Part shown: positions 28,333 through 38,084 of the stretch, piece by piece
How positions within the stretch are numbered: position 1 is the first letter of the stretch
Layout of the letters: each line of letters begins with the position of its first letter
DNA from: Thermoanaerobaculia bacterium
GTDB taxonomy: Bacteria; Acidobacteriota; Thermoanaerobaculia; UBA5066; Gp7-AA6
Direction of reading: 5' to 3'
Length of the DNA stretch: 64,000 nucleotides
Assembly: GCA_041483715.1 (NCBI GenBank)
Contig: JBGPGG010000001.1
Location: 8,936-72,935 of the forward strand
Position numbers and translations under genes: made by a program
The notes under the pieces: generated by a model
Database searches by the model: none
What the model was told of the DNA's origin: nothing
What the model saw: only the letters and a program-made list of their open reading frames with translations

Positions 28333-29025
28333 GCGGAACACCCACGCCACCCCCACTCCAAGCAGGTACAGCCCGATCATCGGGAACGCGAACACGCACT
28401 GCGTGGCAATGTCCGGGGTGGGCGTGATCACGGCGGCGATGATGAAGATGATGAGGACGGCGTACTTGAACTTCGCGAGCAGCCACCGCTCGGACACGAT
28501 GCCGAGGCGCGCGAGGAAAAAGATGAGGATCGGCATCTCGAAGCAGAGCCCGAGACCGAGGATGAGCTTGGTCGCCAGGGACACGTACTCGTTGATGGTG
28601 ATGACGGGCTGGAAGTCTTTGCCCATGCCCACGAGAAAGCCCACGACGAGCGGGAAGGCCTCGTAGTACGCGAACGCGCAGCCCGAGAGGAAGAAGAGCG
28701 CCCCGAAGCCGACAAAGGGCAGGATCCACTTCTTCTCCCGCCGGTAAAGCGCGGGCGAGATGAAGAGCCAGACCTGCCAGAGAAGGATCGGGGACGCGAT
28801 GAGGGTTCCCGCGAGCAACGCCACGCGGAAGTACATCAGGAAGGGCTCGGTCAGCGTCGTGTAGGCCAGGTTCTGGCCGGGCGGGAGCGCGCGCCGGATC
28901 GGCCGCGCCAGGAACTCGAAGAGTTCGGGGGCCCAGGACCAGGCCGCGAGGAAGCTCGCGAAGACCGCGATGATCGACACGACGAGCCGCTTGCGCAGCT
29001 CCTCGAGGTGGTCGAAGAACCCCAT
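28303..29025 (-). CDS. tatC: Sec-independent protein translocase subunit TatC
   Basis: MGFFDHLEELRKRL... with six TM helices. C-terminal tail ...FRKRETGNGKR is encoded by the heptad-repeat element. Confidence 0.9.
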   Translation of the reverse strand: MGFFDHLEELRKRLVVSIIAVFASFLAAWSWAPELFEFLARPIRRALPPGQNLAYTTLTEPFLMYFRVALLAGTLIASPILLWQVWLFISPALYRREKKWILPFVGFGALFFLSGCAFAYYEAFPLVVGFLVGMGKDFQPVITINEYVSLATKLILGLGLCFEMPILIFFLARLGIVSERWLLAKFKYAVLIIFIIAAVITPTPDIATQCVFAFPMIGLYLLGVGVAWVFRKRETGNGKR

Positions 29026-29102
29026 CCGGGGAAGCTCGTCCTCCTCGGCCCCGGGCGGGTGGCCGGGCTTGCCGTCGAGGAGGTCGCGGGGATTGAAGCC
29101 GC

Positions 29103-29411
29103 TCAAGCGGGGCGGATCGGGGGCGCGGGGTCGGCCCTCGGCACGGAGGCCTCGGCGGAGCTTCCAGCCGCCGGCAAGCCCGCGATGGTGTTCTTGACCT
29201 CGGACACCTGCTCCTTGATCGACGCGGCCTCTTTCTTTCCCTGTTCGATCTCGTCCTCGATCGTCTTCTTCAGGTCCTCCGAGGCCCTCTTGAACTCTGC
29301 GAGGCCCTTGCCGAGCGACTTGCCGATCTCGGGGAGCTTCTTGGGACCGAAGACCAGAAGCGCCACGACGAAAATCAGGATCAATTCGGGCATTCCGATG
29401 GAGCCAAACAT
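29103..29411 (-). CDS. tatA: Sec-independent translocase TatA/TatB-type subunit
   Basis: [52 protein letters not shown] upstream. Confidence 0.85.
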   Translation of the reverse strand: MFGSIGMPELILIFVVALLVFGPKKLPEIGKSLGKGLAEFKRASEDLKKTIEDEIEQGKKEAASIKEQVSEVKNTIAGLPAAGSSAEASVPRADPAPPIRPA

Positions 29412-29511
29412 GTTCTTTCCCCCGCGGAGGCGATTTTACGCCGCCTTTGCCGAAGTCCGGAGAGACATTCAACGACCGGCATGCCAGAATGTTGAGCCTG
29501 GGAGGGAGCCC

Positions 29512-31143
29512 TTGAGCCTACCGAAGTCCCGTTTTCTACTAGCGCTTGCGCTGATCGCCGGGGCGACCCTCGCCGGCGGCGTCTTCGCGGGCAAGCTCCA
29601 CGCCACCCCGGAGCGCGAGGCCCCCTCGCTCGACGAGTACGCGGACATCCTCACGACCCTCTCCGACTGGGCGCCCGAACCGGTGGCCCCGGACAAAATC
29701 GTCTACGCCTCGATCCACGGGATGCTCGCCCGGCTCGATCCGCACACGGCATTCCTCGAGCCCGACGAGTTCTCGGCGATGAAGGAAAAGCAGCACGGGT
29801 CCTTCTACGGCCTCGGCATCCAGATCCAGAAACGAATGGGCAAGATCACGGTCATCGCGCCGATGGAGGGCACCCCGGCCTACCGCATGGGCATCCGCTC
29901 CGGCGACGTCATCACGCACATCGGCGGCGAGGAGCTCAAGGAGGACATCACCACCGAGGAGGTCGTCCGCAAGCTCCGGGGCCCCAAGGGCACCACGGTC
30001 GCGATCACCATCCGGCGGGTGGGCTTCCCCGAGCCCATTCCCATGACGATCACGCGGGCCGAGATCCCGACGAAGTCGGTGCGCTACGCCTTCATGCTCG
30101 AGCCGGGCGTGGGCTACATCATGCTCTCCGACTTCACGCACACATCGAGCAAGGAGCTCTACGAGGCCATCGAGAAGCTCGAAAAGCAGGGCATGAAGAA
30201 GCTCCTGTTCGACCTGCGGGGCGATCCGGGCGGTGTCCTCGAACAGGCTGTGGACGTCACCGACGTCTTCGTCCCGAAGGGCTCGATGGTCGTCTACACC
30301 AAGGGCCGGACCGCTTCCTCGGCGCAGGAGTACTTCGCCCCGGGCGACGGCCCCCACTTCGACCAGCCCCTCGTCGTTTTGGTCAATCGCGGCTCGGCGT
30401 CGGCTTCCGAAATCGTGGCCGGGGCGATCCAGGACCACGACCGCGGGCTGATCGTGGGCCAGCGCACGTGGGGCAAGGGCCTCGTCCAGAGCGTCTACAC
30501 GCTCTCCTACGGCGCGGGCCTCGCGCTGACGACCGCACGCTACTACACCCCGTCCGGCCGCTGGATCCAGAGGGATTACAGCGATCTGCTCGCGTACGTG
30601 AACCCGGGCGATCCCGACTCCGCCGCCGGGGCCGAAACCGGCGATGAAGCGCCCCATACGACGGCCGATGGCGCCGTTTTCTACACGGACGCCGGCCGCG
30701 TCGTGTATGCCCAGGGCGGCATCACTCCCGACGTCATCGTGAAGAACGACCGGGACTCCAAGCTCCTCCAGCAGCTGCTCGCCCGCTACGCGTTCTTCAA
30801 CTTCGCCGTGGACTGGCTCGCGCGCCACCCGAATGTCTCGGCCGACTTCGAGATCACGCCGGAGATCCGCGAAGACTTCTTCCAGTTCGTCGAAAAGTCT
30901 GCCAAGTACTCGACGGCCGAGGAGTTGAAGAAGGCCTACGCCGACGACCCGAACCGCAGCCTCGTCGATCTGGCGATGCGCATCGAGGTCGTCAGCGCGA
31001 AGCTCGGGCCGGAAGCGGGACGCCGGGTCTTCGTCTCGGGCGATCCGCAGATCCAGAAGGCGATGACGCAGTTCGGCGAGGCCTCGCGGATCGCTTCGCT
31101 CCCGAAGAAGAAGCGGGAAATGGCCGTCAAGGCCAGCAAGTAG
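29512..31143 (+). CDS. Carboxyl-terminal processing protease (S41, Ctp/Prc)
   Basis: TTG start after GGGAGGGAG gives signal peptide MSLPKSRFLLALALIAGATLAGGVFA. PDZ + S41 core (RGDPGG, GSASASEIVAGA, TWGKGLVQ). Confidence 0.85.
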   Translation: MSLPKSRFLLALALIAGATLAGGVFAGKLHATPEREAPSLDEYADILTTLSDWAPEPVAPDKIVYASIHGMLARLDPHTAFLEPDEFSAMKEKQHGSFYGLGIQIQKRMGKITVIAPMEGTPAYRMGIRSGDVITHIGGEELKEDITTEEVVRKLRGPKGTTVAITIRRVGFPEPIPMTITRAEIPTKSVRYAFMLEPGVGYIMLSDFTHTSSKELYEAIEKLEKQGMKKLLFDLRGDPGGVLEQAVDVTDVFVPKGSMVVYTKGRTASSAQEYFAPGDGPHFDQPLVVLVNRGSASASEIVAGAIQDHDRGLIVGQRTWGKGLVQSVYTLSYGAGLALTTARYYTPSGRWIQRDYSDLLAYVNPGDPDSAAGAETGDEAPHTTADGAVFYTDAGRVVYAQGGITPDVIVKNDRDSKLLQQLLARYAFFNFAVDWLARHPNVSADFEITPEIREDFFQFVEKSAKYSTAEELKKAYADDPNRSLVDLAMRIEVVSAKLGPEAGRRVFVSGDPQIQKAMTQFGEASRIASLPKKKREMAVKASK

Positions 31144-31183
31144 ACGACGCGGTCGAGCAACCGCTGACGGGAGGAGGGGTCCG

Positions 31184-31471
31184 TCACCTCGAAACCGGCC
31201 GCGCCGCGTCCTTCCAGTTCCACCACTTGAGCAGTTCGGGGTCGTGCCGCGTTCGGCCGGCGTAGTAGACCGCGCAGCGAAACACGTAAAGGAGGCAGCG
31301 GTCCTGTGGGCCCCGTTTTGCGCAGAGGGAGTCGTAGAGGGCTTCCGGGCTCCTCCCCCGAAGTTGCGAGACCCGCCGCACCCCGAGGACTGCGAGGTCG
31401 CGCGCGATGCTCGGGCCCACGCCAGGAATCGACTGCAGGTCCCCTTCGCTCGGGCCGGCCGCCTTCTTCAC
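31184..31471 (-). CDS. Helix-hairpin-helix DNA-binding domain protein (Cdd1-like)
   Basis: DLQSIPGVGPSIARDLAVLG HhH motif. GTG at 31471 chosen because the track TTG at 31504 would sit inside the terminator hairpin of the upstream gene. Confidence 0.5.
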   Translation of the reverse strand: MKKAAGPSEGDLQSIPGVGPSIARDLAVLGVRRVSQLRGRSPEALYDSLCAKRGPQDRCLLYVFRCAVYYAGRTRHDPELLKWWNWKDAARPVSR

Positions 31472-31496
31472 GCCACCTCCCTTGCCCCTCTCTCCC

Positions 31497-31527
31497 AAGA
31501 ACAAAATGCCCCGCCTCGCGGCGGGGC
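31497..31527 (-). terminator. Intrinsic terminator for the four-repeat secreted protein gene
   Basis: GCCCCGCC-TCGC-GGCGGGGC. On the minus strand it is followed by ATTTTGTTCTT. Confidence 0.55.
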
Positions 31528-31559
31528 AATGGTTTCTCGGGGCGCTCCCCGCGTATCGC

Positions 31560-33239
31560 CTAGTTGTTGTCCACGACGCACTTGCGGCGCCCGATCTCCG
31601 TGCGGTTGCCCGCGCTATCCCTCACGTAGATGACGAGGTCGTGCGCCGAGTTGGACAGCCGGGTCGTGTCGAGCACGTAGGAGAATCCGACGTACGGGAA
31701 CGGGACCCGCGGATCGTTGACCGGGACGTCGGGGCGGTAGAGGCCGTAGTTCGCGTTGCCCACGACCTGCCCGTCCACGTCCATCTGGACGGAACTCACG
31801 CCCTGGAGGTCGTACGCCCATCCGAAGACCTCGAAGACGCCGTTGATGAACTGGTAGTTCGAAGGCGTGTCGATGTAGCCGAACGCCGGCTGGTCGCCGC
31901 CGGTCTGGTCGCAGAGGATGTCCACCGACATCGCACCGAACTGCGAGACCGTCTCCTCTTCGTCGCCGGCGCGGATGGCGAGGGTGTGCTTGCCGGGGTT
32001 GGTGAAGCCGACGAGCACCGAGTCCGAGGCGTTGCCGGTCGGGATGTAGATCGCGATGACGCCCGACGGGTCCGCGGACAGGCGAAGCAGGGCGAAGGAG
32101 AACCCGAATCCGGCGTTGTCCGCGTTGACGTAGCCCGAATAGCTCCGCGCCACGTCCGGCCGGTTGATCCCGTAGCAGTTGGTCAGGGCCTGGCCGAGCT
32201 GGACGCAGTCGCTCCTCGTGTTCGCGATGATCTGGCCGTCCAGCAGCAGCTCGACGTACGAAACCTGGCCGGCGTCCAGGCGCGAGCCGACATCGAGCGC
32301 CCAGCCAGCCACCACGTTGTAGAGGAGCTGTGGGACGCAGGTTTCCGGCGTGCAGGGGGACGGGAACCCGCCCGTGTTGTTGAGCGTCGCGCAGAAGAGC
32401 GAGGCCTTGTCGAGCGGGAAGTCCACGACGCCGAACGGCGCCAGGTTCTGGCCGTTGTTGATCACCTGGACCGTCCGGGTCCCGAGCTCCCGGGATGCCC
32501 CCTGGTTGTCCCAGGCGCGGACGGAGAGCTGGTGGATCCCGTTGACGAGGGCCGTCGTGTCGATGTTGGCCGAAAAGCCCGTGTAGAGGGAATCCGGAAC
32601 GTCGGGAAACGCCGCCTGCACGTCCGGGCGCGTCGAGCCGTAGGAGGCGGTGGACGGCTCGCCGCGGCCGACGGCCCCGGCGACGATCTGCCCGTCCACG
32701 AGGAAGTCGATGCGCGCGACCGCGACGTCGTCGATCGCCCAGCCCACGACCGGGAAGGACCCGTTGGCGCCCTCCGTGCCGGCCGGGCCCGGGATGTCGA
32801 TGTAACCAAAGGGCGCCTGGTTGATGTGGTTGTCGACGACGACGTTGACCGTGCCGATGATGGTCTGGGCCTGGCTGTCGGACTCCGTCACGCGGATCGA
32901 CACGCTGTGGGGCCCGCCGCTGAAGTTTCCGGCCAGGAACGACGTGAGGTAGCCGGGCTGGGCCGTCGGGCTCCCGTAGTAGGTGGGGAAGATCTCGAGA
33001 ACGTCCACCCGAGGCAGGTTCATCTGCGCGTGGTTGACGACGGCGCCGTCGACGAGCAGGTCGATGTTGCTCACCGAGTGCAGGTCGAGCACGAACCCGG
33101 AGACCCGAACGACGCCGGACACCGTCTGGCCATCGGTCGGGGAATCGATCGCTCCAAACGGCTGGGCGCTGGCGCCACGAGCCAAGAAACAAGCCGCTGC
33201 TGCCACGAGCGCCACAATCCGGAGCGCTTTCCTGTCCAT
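31560..33239 (-). CDS. Secreted protein with four tandem ~130-aa Ig-like repeats
   Basis: Signal peptide MDRKALRIVALVAAAACFLARGASAQ. Each repeat starts PFG(x)ID(x)P...VxGWAxD...VDGxxV...RPDV..FP. RBS GGGGGAGGA upstream; intrinsic terminator downstream. Confidence 0.6.
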   Translation of the reverse strand: MDRKALRIVALVAAAACFLARGASAQPFGAIDSPTDGQTVSGVVRVSGFVLDLHSVSNIDLLVDGAVVNHAQMNLPRVDVLEIFPTYYGSPTAQPGYLTSFLAGNFSGGPHSVSIRVTESDSQAQTIIGTVNVVVDNHINQAPFGYIDIPGPAGTEGANGSFPVVGWAIDDVAVARIDFLVDGQIVAGAVGRGEPSTASYGSTRPDVQAAFPDVPDSLYTGFSANIDTTALVNGIHQLSVRAWDNQGASRELGTRTVQVINNGQNLAPFGVVDFPLDKASLFCATLNNTGGFPSPCTPETCVPQLLYNVVAGWALDVGSRLDAGQVSYVELLLDGQIIANTRSDCVQLGQALTNCYGINRPDVARSYSGYVNADNAGFGFSFALLRLSADPSGVIAIYIPTGNASDSVLVGFTNPGKHTLAIRAGDEEETVSQFGAMSVDILCDQTGGDQPAFGYIDTPSNYQFINGVFEVFGWAYDLQGVSSVQMDVDGQVVGNANYGLYRPDVPVNDPRVPFPYVGFSYVLDTTRLSNSAHDLVIYVRDSAGNRTEIGRRKCVVDNN

Positions 33240-33448
33240 GCGCGTTCCTCCCCCGAAAATTTAAGAAAAGAATGTGAAAATTGGGCCAAAAAGTCAAGCG
33301 ATATCAAGGCTTCGCCTCATTTTTTTAGGCAAACAGCGCATGAAATGCTAAAACCGAGCCGTGATCCTCGCGACCAAATGCGGCCATCTCGGGCCGGCTC
33401 TGCCCGCCGCCGGGCCGCCCGACCGGGCCGCGTGACGCTGGTCACGCC

Positions 33449-34495
33449 ATGAGGGCGCTCCTTTCGTCGCGGCGCTTCCAGGCAGTCGCTTCGATCGTCC
33501 TTGCCCTCGGTCTCTTCGCCTTCTTCCTCTCCCGCGTCCCGCTCGGCGACATCGCCCGGCAGATCACCGCGGCTTCCCCCGCGTGGCTCGCGGCCACCGT
33601 TCTCATCTCGCTTTCGACGTTCGTCCTGCGCGCCGTGCGCTGGGTCTGGATCCTGCGGCCGCTCGCCCGTGTGCCCTTCTTCCCCGCTTTCCGCGCCACC
33701 GCCATCGGCTTCGCCGCCAACACGGTGCTACCGGCCCGGGCCGGAGAGATCCTGCGCCCGGCCATCCTGGCGCGCGAGCGCGCCCTGCCCTTCCCCGCCC
33801 TGCTCGCCTCGATCGTGTTCGAGCGCATCCTCGACGCCATGTCGCAGCTCTTCTTCCTCGGGCTGGCCCTCGCCACGGGTCCCTCCGGCGGGGCGATGGG
33901 GTCTTTTGCCTCGGGCCGCATCCGATGGGTCGTCGCCGCGATCGCCGCGGCCGCGATCGGCGTGGCCCTGTTCGCGGTCCTGTGGCGCGCGGCGACCGAG
34001 CGCTTTCTCGAACGGCTCTTCCGCCCGCTGCCCGAACGGTTCCGGGACGTCGCGCGCCGGATCGCGCACACGTTTCTGGACGGATTCGCCTCCCTGAAAA
34101 CGCCGCGCCTCGCACTCGCCGTCGGAGCGAGCTCGCTCTTCATGTGGTTCGTGATCAACGTCCAGATCTATTGCACCATACGCGCCTTCGGCCTCGACCT
34201 TCCGCTCTCGGCCGCCTACGTGGTGACCACCGCGGCGGTGCTCGGGCTCGCGGTCCCGACCCCGGGAGGGGTCGGCGGCTACCACGCCGCCGTGCAGTTC
34301 GCCCTGACCAACATCTTCCTCGTGCCGCTCGCCGCGGCGACCGGCGTGGCGCTGCTCGCGCACGCCATCTCCTTCGTGCCGATCTCGCTGATCGGCTTCG
34401 TGCTCTTCGCCGCGAGCCCCTCGAGGAAGAAGGGGCTGAAGGAACTGCAAGGAGAGACGGTAAACGGGAGGCGGGAGACGGGAGACGGGTCGTGA
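33449..34495 (+). CDS. UPF0104/YbhN-type membrane protein (lysylphosphatidylglycerol-synthase-like TM domain)
   Basis: 8 TM helices with the GxxxNxxLPxRxGE motif (GFAANTVLPARAGE). Last 8 aa and the stop lie in the heptad-repeat element. Confidence 0.7.
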   Translation: MRALLSSRRFQAVASIVLALGLFAFFLSRVPLGDIARQITAASPAWLAATVLISLSTFVLRAVRWVWILRPLARVPFFPAFRATAIGFAANTVLPARAGEILRPAILARERALPFPALLASIVFERILDAMSQLFFLGLALATGPSGGAMGSFASGRIRWVVAAIAAAAIGVALFAVLWRAATERFLERLFRPLPERFRDVARRIAHTFLDGFASLKTPRLALAVGASSLFMWFVINVQIYCTIRAFGLDLPLSAAYVVTTAAVLGLAVPTPGGVGGYHAAVQFALTNIFLVPLAAATGVALLAHAISFVPISLIGFVLFAASPSRKKGLKELQGETVNGRRETGDGS

Positions 34496-34518
34496 GCGGG
34501 TTTCGTCTTCCGTCTCAA
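34456..34518. repeat. Heptad-repeat hairpin element (GAGACGG family), overlaps the 3' end of the UPF0104 gene
   Basis: GTAAACGGG AGGCGGG AGACGGG AGACGGG - TCGTGAGCGGG - TTTCGTC TTCCGTC TC. Encodes ...NGRRETGDGS*. Confidence 0.7.
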
Positions 34519-34555
34519 GATGGCAACCGGGTCAAAACGGCGATAGTCTGACTCC

Positions 34556-35026
34556 GTGAAATGCCCCTTCTGCGAGGCCGTGGACGACCGGGTCGTGGAC
34601 TCGCGCGAGAGCCGCGAGGGGGAAGTCATCCGGCGGCGGCGGGAGTGCACCGGGTGCGGGCGCCGGTTCACCTCGTACGAGACGATCGAAGAGATCCCGT
34701 ACATGGTGGTCAAGAACGACGGCCGCCGCGAGCGCTTCGACCGCAACAAGCTGCGGACGGGACTCGCCAAGGCCTGCGAGAAGCGCCCGGTCCCGCCCGT
34801 GGAGCTCGACCGGATCGTCGACGAGGTCGAATCCCTCCTCCACGACTCCGAGGAGCGCGAGATCGCGACGTCCCGGATCGGCACGATCGTGATGGAACGA
34901 ATCCGCGAGCTCGACAAGGTCGCCTACGTGCGCTTCGCCTCGGTGTATCGGAAGTTCGAGGACGTGGACGAATTCCTGCACGAGCTGAAGAACCTCATCG
35001 GCCGCGGAGAAAAAGTGTCGTCGTGA
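34556..35026 (+). CDS. nrdR: Transcriptional repressor NrdR
   Basis: GTG start; MKCPFCEAVDDRVVDSRES...CTGCGRRFTSYE zinc ribbon + ATP-cone. Confidence 0.9.
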   Translation: MKCPFCEAVDDRVVDSRESREGEVIRRRRECTGCGRRFTSYETIEEIPYMVVKNDGRRERFDRNKLRTGLAKACEKRPVPPVELDRIVDEVESLLHDSEEREIATSRIGTIVMERIRELDKVAYVRFASVYRKFEDVDEFLHELKNLIGRGEKVSS

Positions 35027-35033
35027 GAGAGGA

Positions 35034-35107
35034 GTCGACAGTTCACAGTTCACAGCTGACAGGCCAGATGAGGGCGGCTGTCGACTGTCGACTGTCGACT
35101 GTCGACT
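35034..35107. repeat. Heptad-repeat hairpin element (ACAGT family) between nrdR and hsp20
   Basis: GTCGACA GTTCACA GTTCACA GCTGACA GG - 14 nt - (CTGTCGA)x4 CTGTTCCCG; ends 8 nt before the hsp20 ATG. Confidence 0.8.
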
Positions 35108-35114
35108 GTTCCCG

Positions 35115-35585
35115 ATGGTGAAGCGCACCGCTCGGTTCTACGGCCCGATCATCGAGCTCTCGCGGCTCCAGAGCGAGTTGAACCGCCTGTTCGCGGCCTT
35201 CGTCGAGACCAACGACAAGGGCGGCACGCCGGCGTCGTCCTGGGACCCCAACGTGGACGTGGTCGACGACGGGGAAATGATCCGCATCCTCGTCGAGCTG
35301 CCCGGGGTCGAGGCCGGCGACGTCAAGGTCTCGATCCGCGGCCGTGTCGTGATGATCCGCGGGACCAAGAAGGGGCGCATCCGGGCCAAGGAGGGGATGC
35401 GGTTCTTCTGCATGGAGCGCTACTTCGGGGTCTTCCTGAAGTCGATCGCGATCCCGCGCCCGGTCAACTCGCACCATGCGAAAACGCGCATGAAGAACGG
35501 CCTCCTCGAGGTGGTCCTGCCGCGCGTCCCGGACCTGCGCGAGAAGGAGATCGAGATCCCCGTGCAGCCCGAGCCCGAGGAGTAG
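35115..35585 (+). CDS. Hsp20/alpha-crystallin family small heat-shock protein
   Basis: Alpha-crystallin domain WDPNVDVVDDGEMIRILVELPGV...GLLEVVLPR. Confidence 0.9.
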   Translation: MVKRTARFYGPIIELSRLQSELNRLFAAFVETNDKGGTPASSWDPNVDVVDDGEMIRILVELPGVEAGDVKVSIRGRVVMIRGTKKGRIRAKEGMRFFCMERYFGVFLKSIAIPRPVNSHHAKTRMKNGLLEVVLPRVPDLREKEIEIPVQPEPEE

Positions 35586-35591
35586 CGAGGA

Positions 35592-38084
35592 ATGACCATG
35601 GGCGAGCTCGAAGAAAAAGACGTCGCCGCGGATCGCGACACCGATCTGCCGATCCCGGACATCCTCCCCGTCCTGCCGCTCAAGGACGTGGTGGTCTTCC
35701 CGTACATCATCCTGCCCCTCTCGGTCTCGCGGGAAAAGTCCATCAACGCGGTGGATGCCGCGCTCGCGGAGCAGCGCATCATCATGCTCGTCGCGCAGAA
35801 GGACGGGCAGAACGACACGCCGCGCCCGGACGAGCTCTACACCGTCGGAACCGTCGCCGCGATCATGCGGATGCTCAAGCTCCCCGACGGGCGCATCCGC
35901 CTGCTGGTGCAGGGGCTCTCTCGCGCGCGGCTGGATTCCGTCCTCGCCGAAGAGCCGTATCTCAAGGCCAAGATCACGCGCCTCGAGGAGTCGCCGTCGC
36001 CCGAGGAGCTGCCGCCCGAGCACGAGGCGTTACTGCGGAGCGTGAAGCAGAACCTCGAAAAGTCCGTGTCGCTCGGCAAGAACATTTCGCCCGAGGTAAT
36101 GGTCATCGCGAGCAACCTCGACGACCCCGCGCGGCTGGCCGACCTCGCTGCCTCGAACCTGGATCTGAAGCTCGACGACGCGCAGAAGATCCTGGAGTCG
36201 ACCGACGCGATGGAGCGCCTGCGCCTCGTCAACGACAGCCTCGCGAAGGAAATCACCGTGCTGACGATGCAGCAGGAGATCTCCACGCAGGCGCGCGGCG
36301 AAATGGACAAGTCGCAGCGCGAGTACTACCTGCGCCAGCAGCTGCGCGCGATCCAGCAGGAGCTCGGAGAGGGCGAAGAGATCTCCGAGGAGCTCGACGC
36401 CTACCGCAAGATCATCGCGGACAAGAAGATCACGCAGGAGGCCGCGACCGAGATCGAGAAGCAGATCAAGCGGCTCGAGCGGAGCCACCCCGACTCCGCC
36501 GAGACGGCGATCATCCGGACGTACCTCGACTGGATGACGGGGCTGCCGTGGAGCCTCACCTCTGAGGACTCGAAGGACATCGAGCGCGCGCGCGCGATCC
36601 TCGACGAAGACCACTACGACATCGAGAAGGTGAAGGAACGCATCCTCGAGTTCCTGGCCGTCCACGCCCTGAAGCAGAGCCTCAAGGGCCCGATCCTCTG
36701 CTTCGTCGGGCCGCCGGGCGTCGGCAAGACCTCGCTCGGGCGCTCGATCGCCCGCGCCCTCGACCGCAAGTTCGTCCGGCTCTCGCTCGGCGGCGTCCGG
36801 GACGAGGCGGAGATCCGCGGCCACCGGCGCACGTACGTCGGGGCGATGCCCGGACGCATCATCCAGGGGATCCACCAGGCGGGGATGTCGAACCCGGTGT
36901 TCATGATGGACGAGATCGACAAGATCGGAGCGGACTACCGCGGCGACCCCTCGGCGGCGCTGCTCGAAGTGTTCGACCCCGAGCAGAACTTCTCCTTCCG
37001 CGACCACTACCTCTCGGTGCCGTACGACCTCTCGAGAGTCCTCTTCATCGCGACGGCCAACGTGCTCGACCCGATCCAGCCGGCATTCCTCGACCGCATG
37101 GAAGTCATCCGCCTCTCGGGCTACACGGCTGAGGAGAAAAGAGCGATCGCGCGCCGCCACCTCATCCCCAAGCAGATGGAGGAGAACGGGGTCACCGAGG
37201 CGAACATCGAGTTCACCGACAGCGGGATCGAGCGGGTCATCGAGGGGTACACGCGGGAGGCCGGGCTGCGCAACCTCGAGCGCGAGATCGGCGCGCTGTG
37301 CCGCAAGGTCGCCGTCTCCGTCGCCAAGGGCAAGCAGCGGCGTTACCGCGTGAGCGCCGCGTCCCTCGAGAAGATGCTCGGCCCGATCAAGCATTTCCGC
37401 GACGAGCAGCTCAAGAAAGACGAGGTCGGCGTGTCCACCGGGCTCGCCTGGACCTCGGTCGGCGGCGACATCCTCTTCATCGAGGCGCTCGCCGTGCGCG
37501 GCAAGGGCGGCCTGCGCCTGACCGGGCAGCTCGGCGACGTGATGAAGGAGTCGGCGCAGGCGGCGATGTCCTACGCGCGGGCGCACGCCGGCGAGCTCAA
37601 GATCCCCCACGACTATTTCGAGACCCACGACGTGCACGTGCACGTCCCCGAGGGCGCGATTCCGAAGGACGGGCCGTCGGCCGGAATCACGATCGCGACG
37701 GCGATGATCTCGGCCTTCACGCAGCGCAAGGCGCGCCGCGACGTGGCCATGACGGGCGAGATCACCCTGCGGGGCGAGGTGCTGCCGATCGGGGGCGTCA
37801 AGGAAAAGGTGCTGGCGGCGCGCGCGGCGAAGATCACCACGATCGTGCTGCCGAAGATGAACCGCCGCGACGTCACGCAGATCTCGCCCCGGATCCTCCA
37901 CGGGCTGACGTTCCGCTACGTCGAGAGCATGGACGAAGTCCTTTCCATCGGCCTGCTGCTGCCGGAGCCCGACGCCGGCACCGTGCCGGAGGCGGCCGAC
38001 GCCAGGCCTGCCGAGACGCCCGGCCGCGAGATCCCCGTCACGGCCCCCGGCCCCCGGAAAGCGCTGCCCGCGCCGCGCGCGTGA
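35592..38084 (+). CDS. lon: ATP-dependent Lon protease (LonA)
   Basis: Lon N-terminal domain, AAA+ module GPPGVGKTS, protease domain with catalytic DGPSAGIT...K. Confidence 0.97.
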   Translation: MTMGELEEKDVAADRDTDLPIPDILPVLPLKDVVVFPYIILPLSVSREKSINAVDAALAEQRIIMLVAQKDGQNDTPRPDELYTVGTVAAIMRMLKLPDGRIRLLVQGLSRARLDSVLAEEPYLKAKITRLEESPSPEELPPEHEALLRSVKQNLEKSVSLGKNISPEVMVIASNLDDPARLADLAASNLDLKLDDAQKILESTDAMERLRLVNDSLAKEITVLTMQQEISTQARGEMDKSQREYYLRQQLRAIQQELGEGEEISEELDAYRKIIADKKITQEAATEIEKQIKRLERSHPDSAETAIIRTYLDWMTGLPWSLTSEDSKDIERARAILDEDHYDIEKVKERILEFLAVHALKQSLKGPILCFVGPPGVGKTSLGRSIARALDRKFVRLSLGGVRDEAEIRGHRRTYVGAMPGRIIQGIHQAGMSNPVFMMDEIDKIGADYRGDPSAALLEVFDPEQNFSFRDHYLSVPYDLSRVLFIATANVLDPIQPAFLDRMEVIRLSGYTAEEKRAIARRHLIPKQMEENGVTEANIEFTDSGIERVIEGYTREAGLRNLEREIGALCRKVAVSVAKGKQRRYRVSAASLEKMLGPIKHFRDEQLKKDEVGVSTGLAWTSVGGDILFIEALAVRGKGGLRLTGQLGDVMKESAQAAMSYARAHAGELKIPHDYFETHDVHVHVPEGAIPKDGPSAGITIATAMISAFTQRKARRDVAMTGEITLRGEVLPIGGVKEKVLAARAAKITTIVLPKMNRRDVTQISPRILHGLTFRYVESMDEVLSIGLLLPEPDAGTVPEAADARPAETPGREIPVTAPGPRKALPAPRA

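Noticed and set aside
31184-31504. TTG at 31504 as start of the HhH protein
   Set aside because: It lies inside the terminator hairpin of the upstream gene. An in-frame GTG at 31471 gives a more plausible 96-aa HhH protein.
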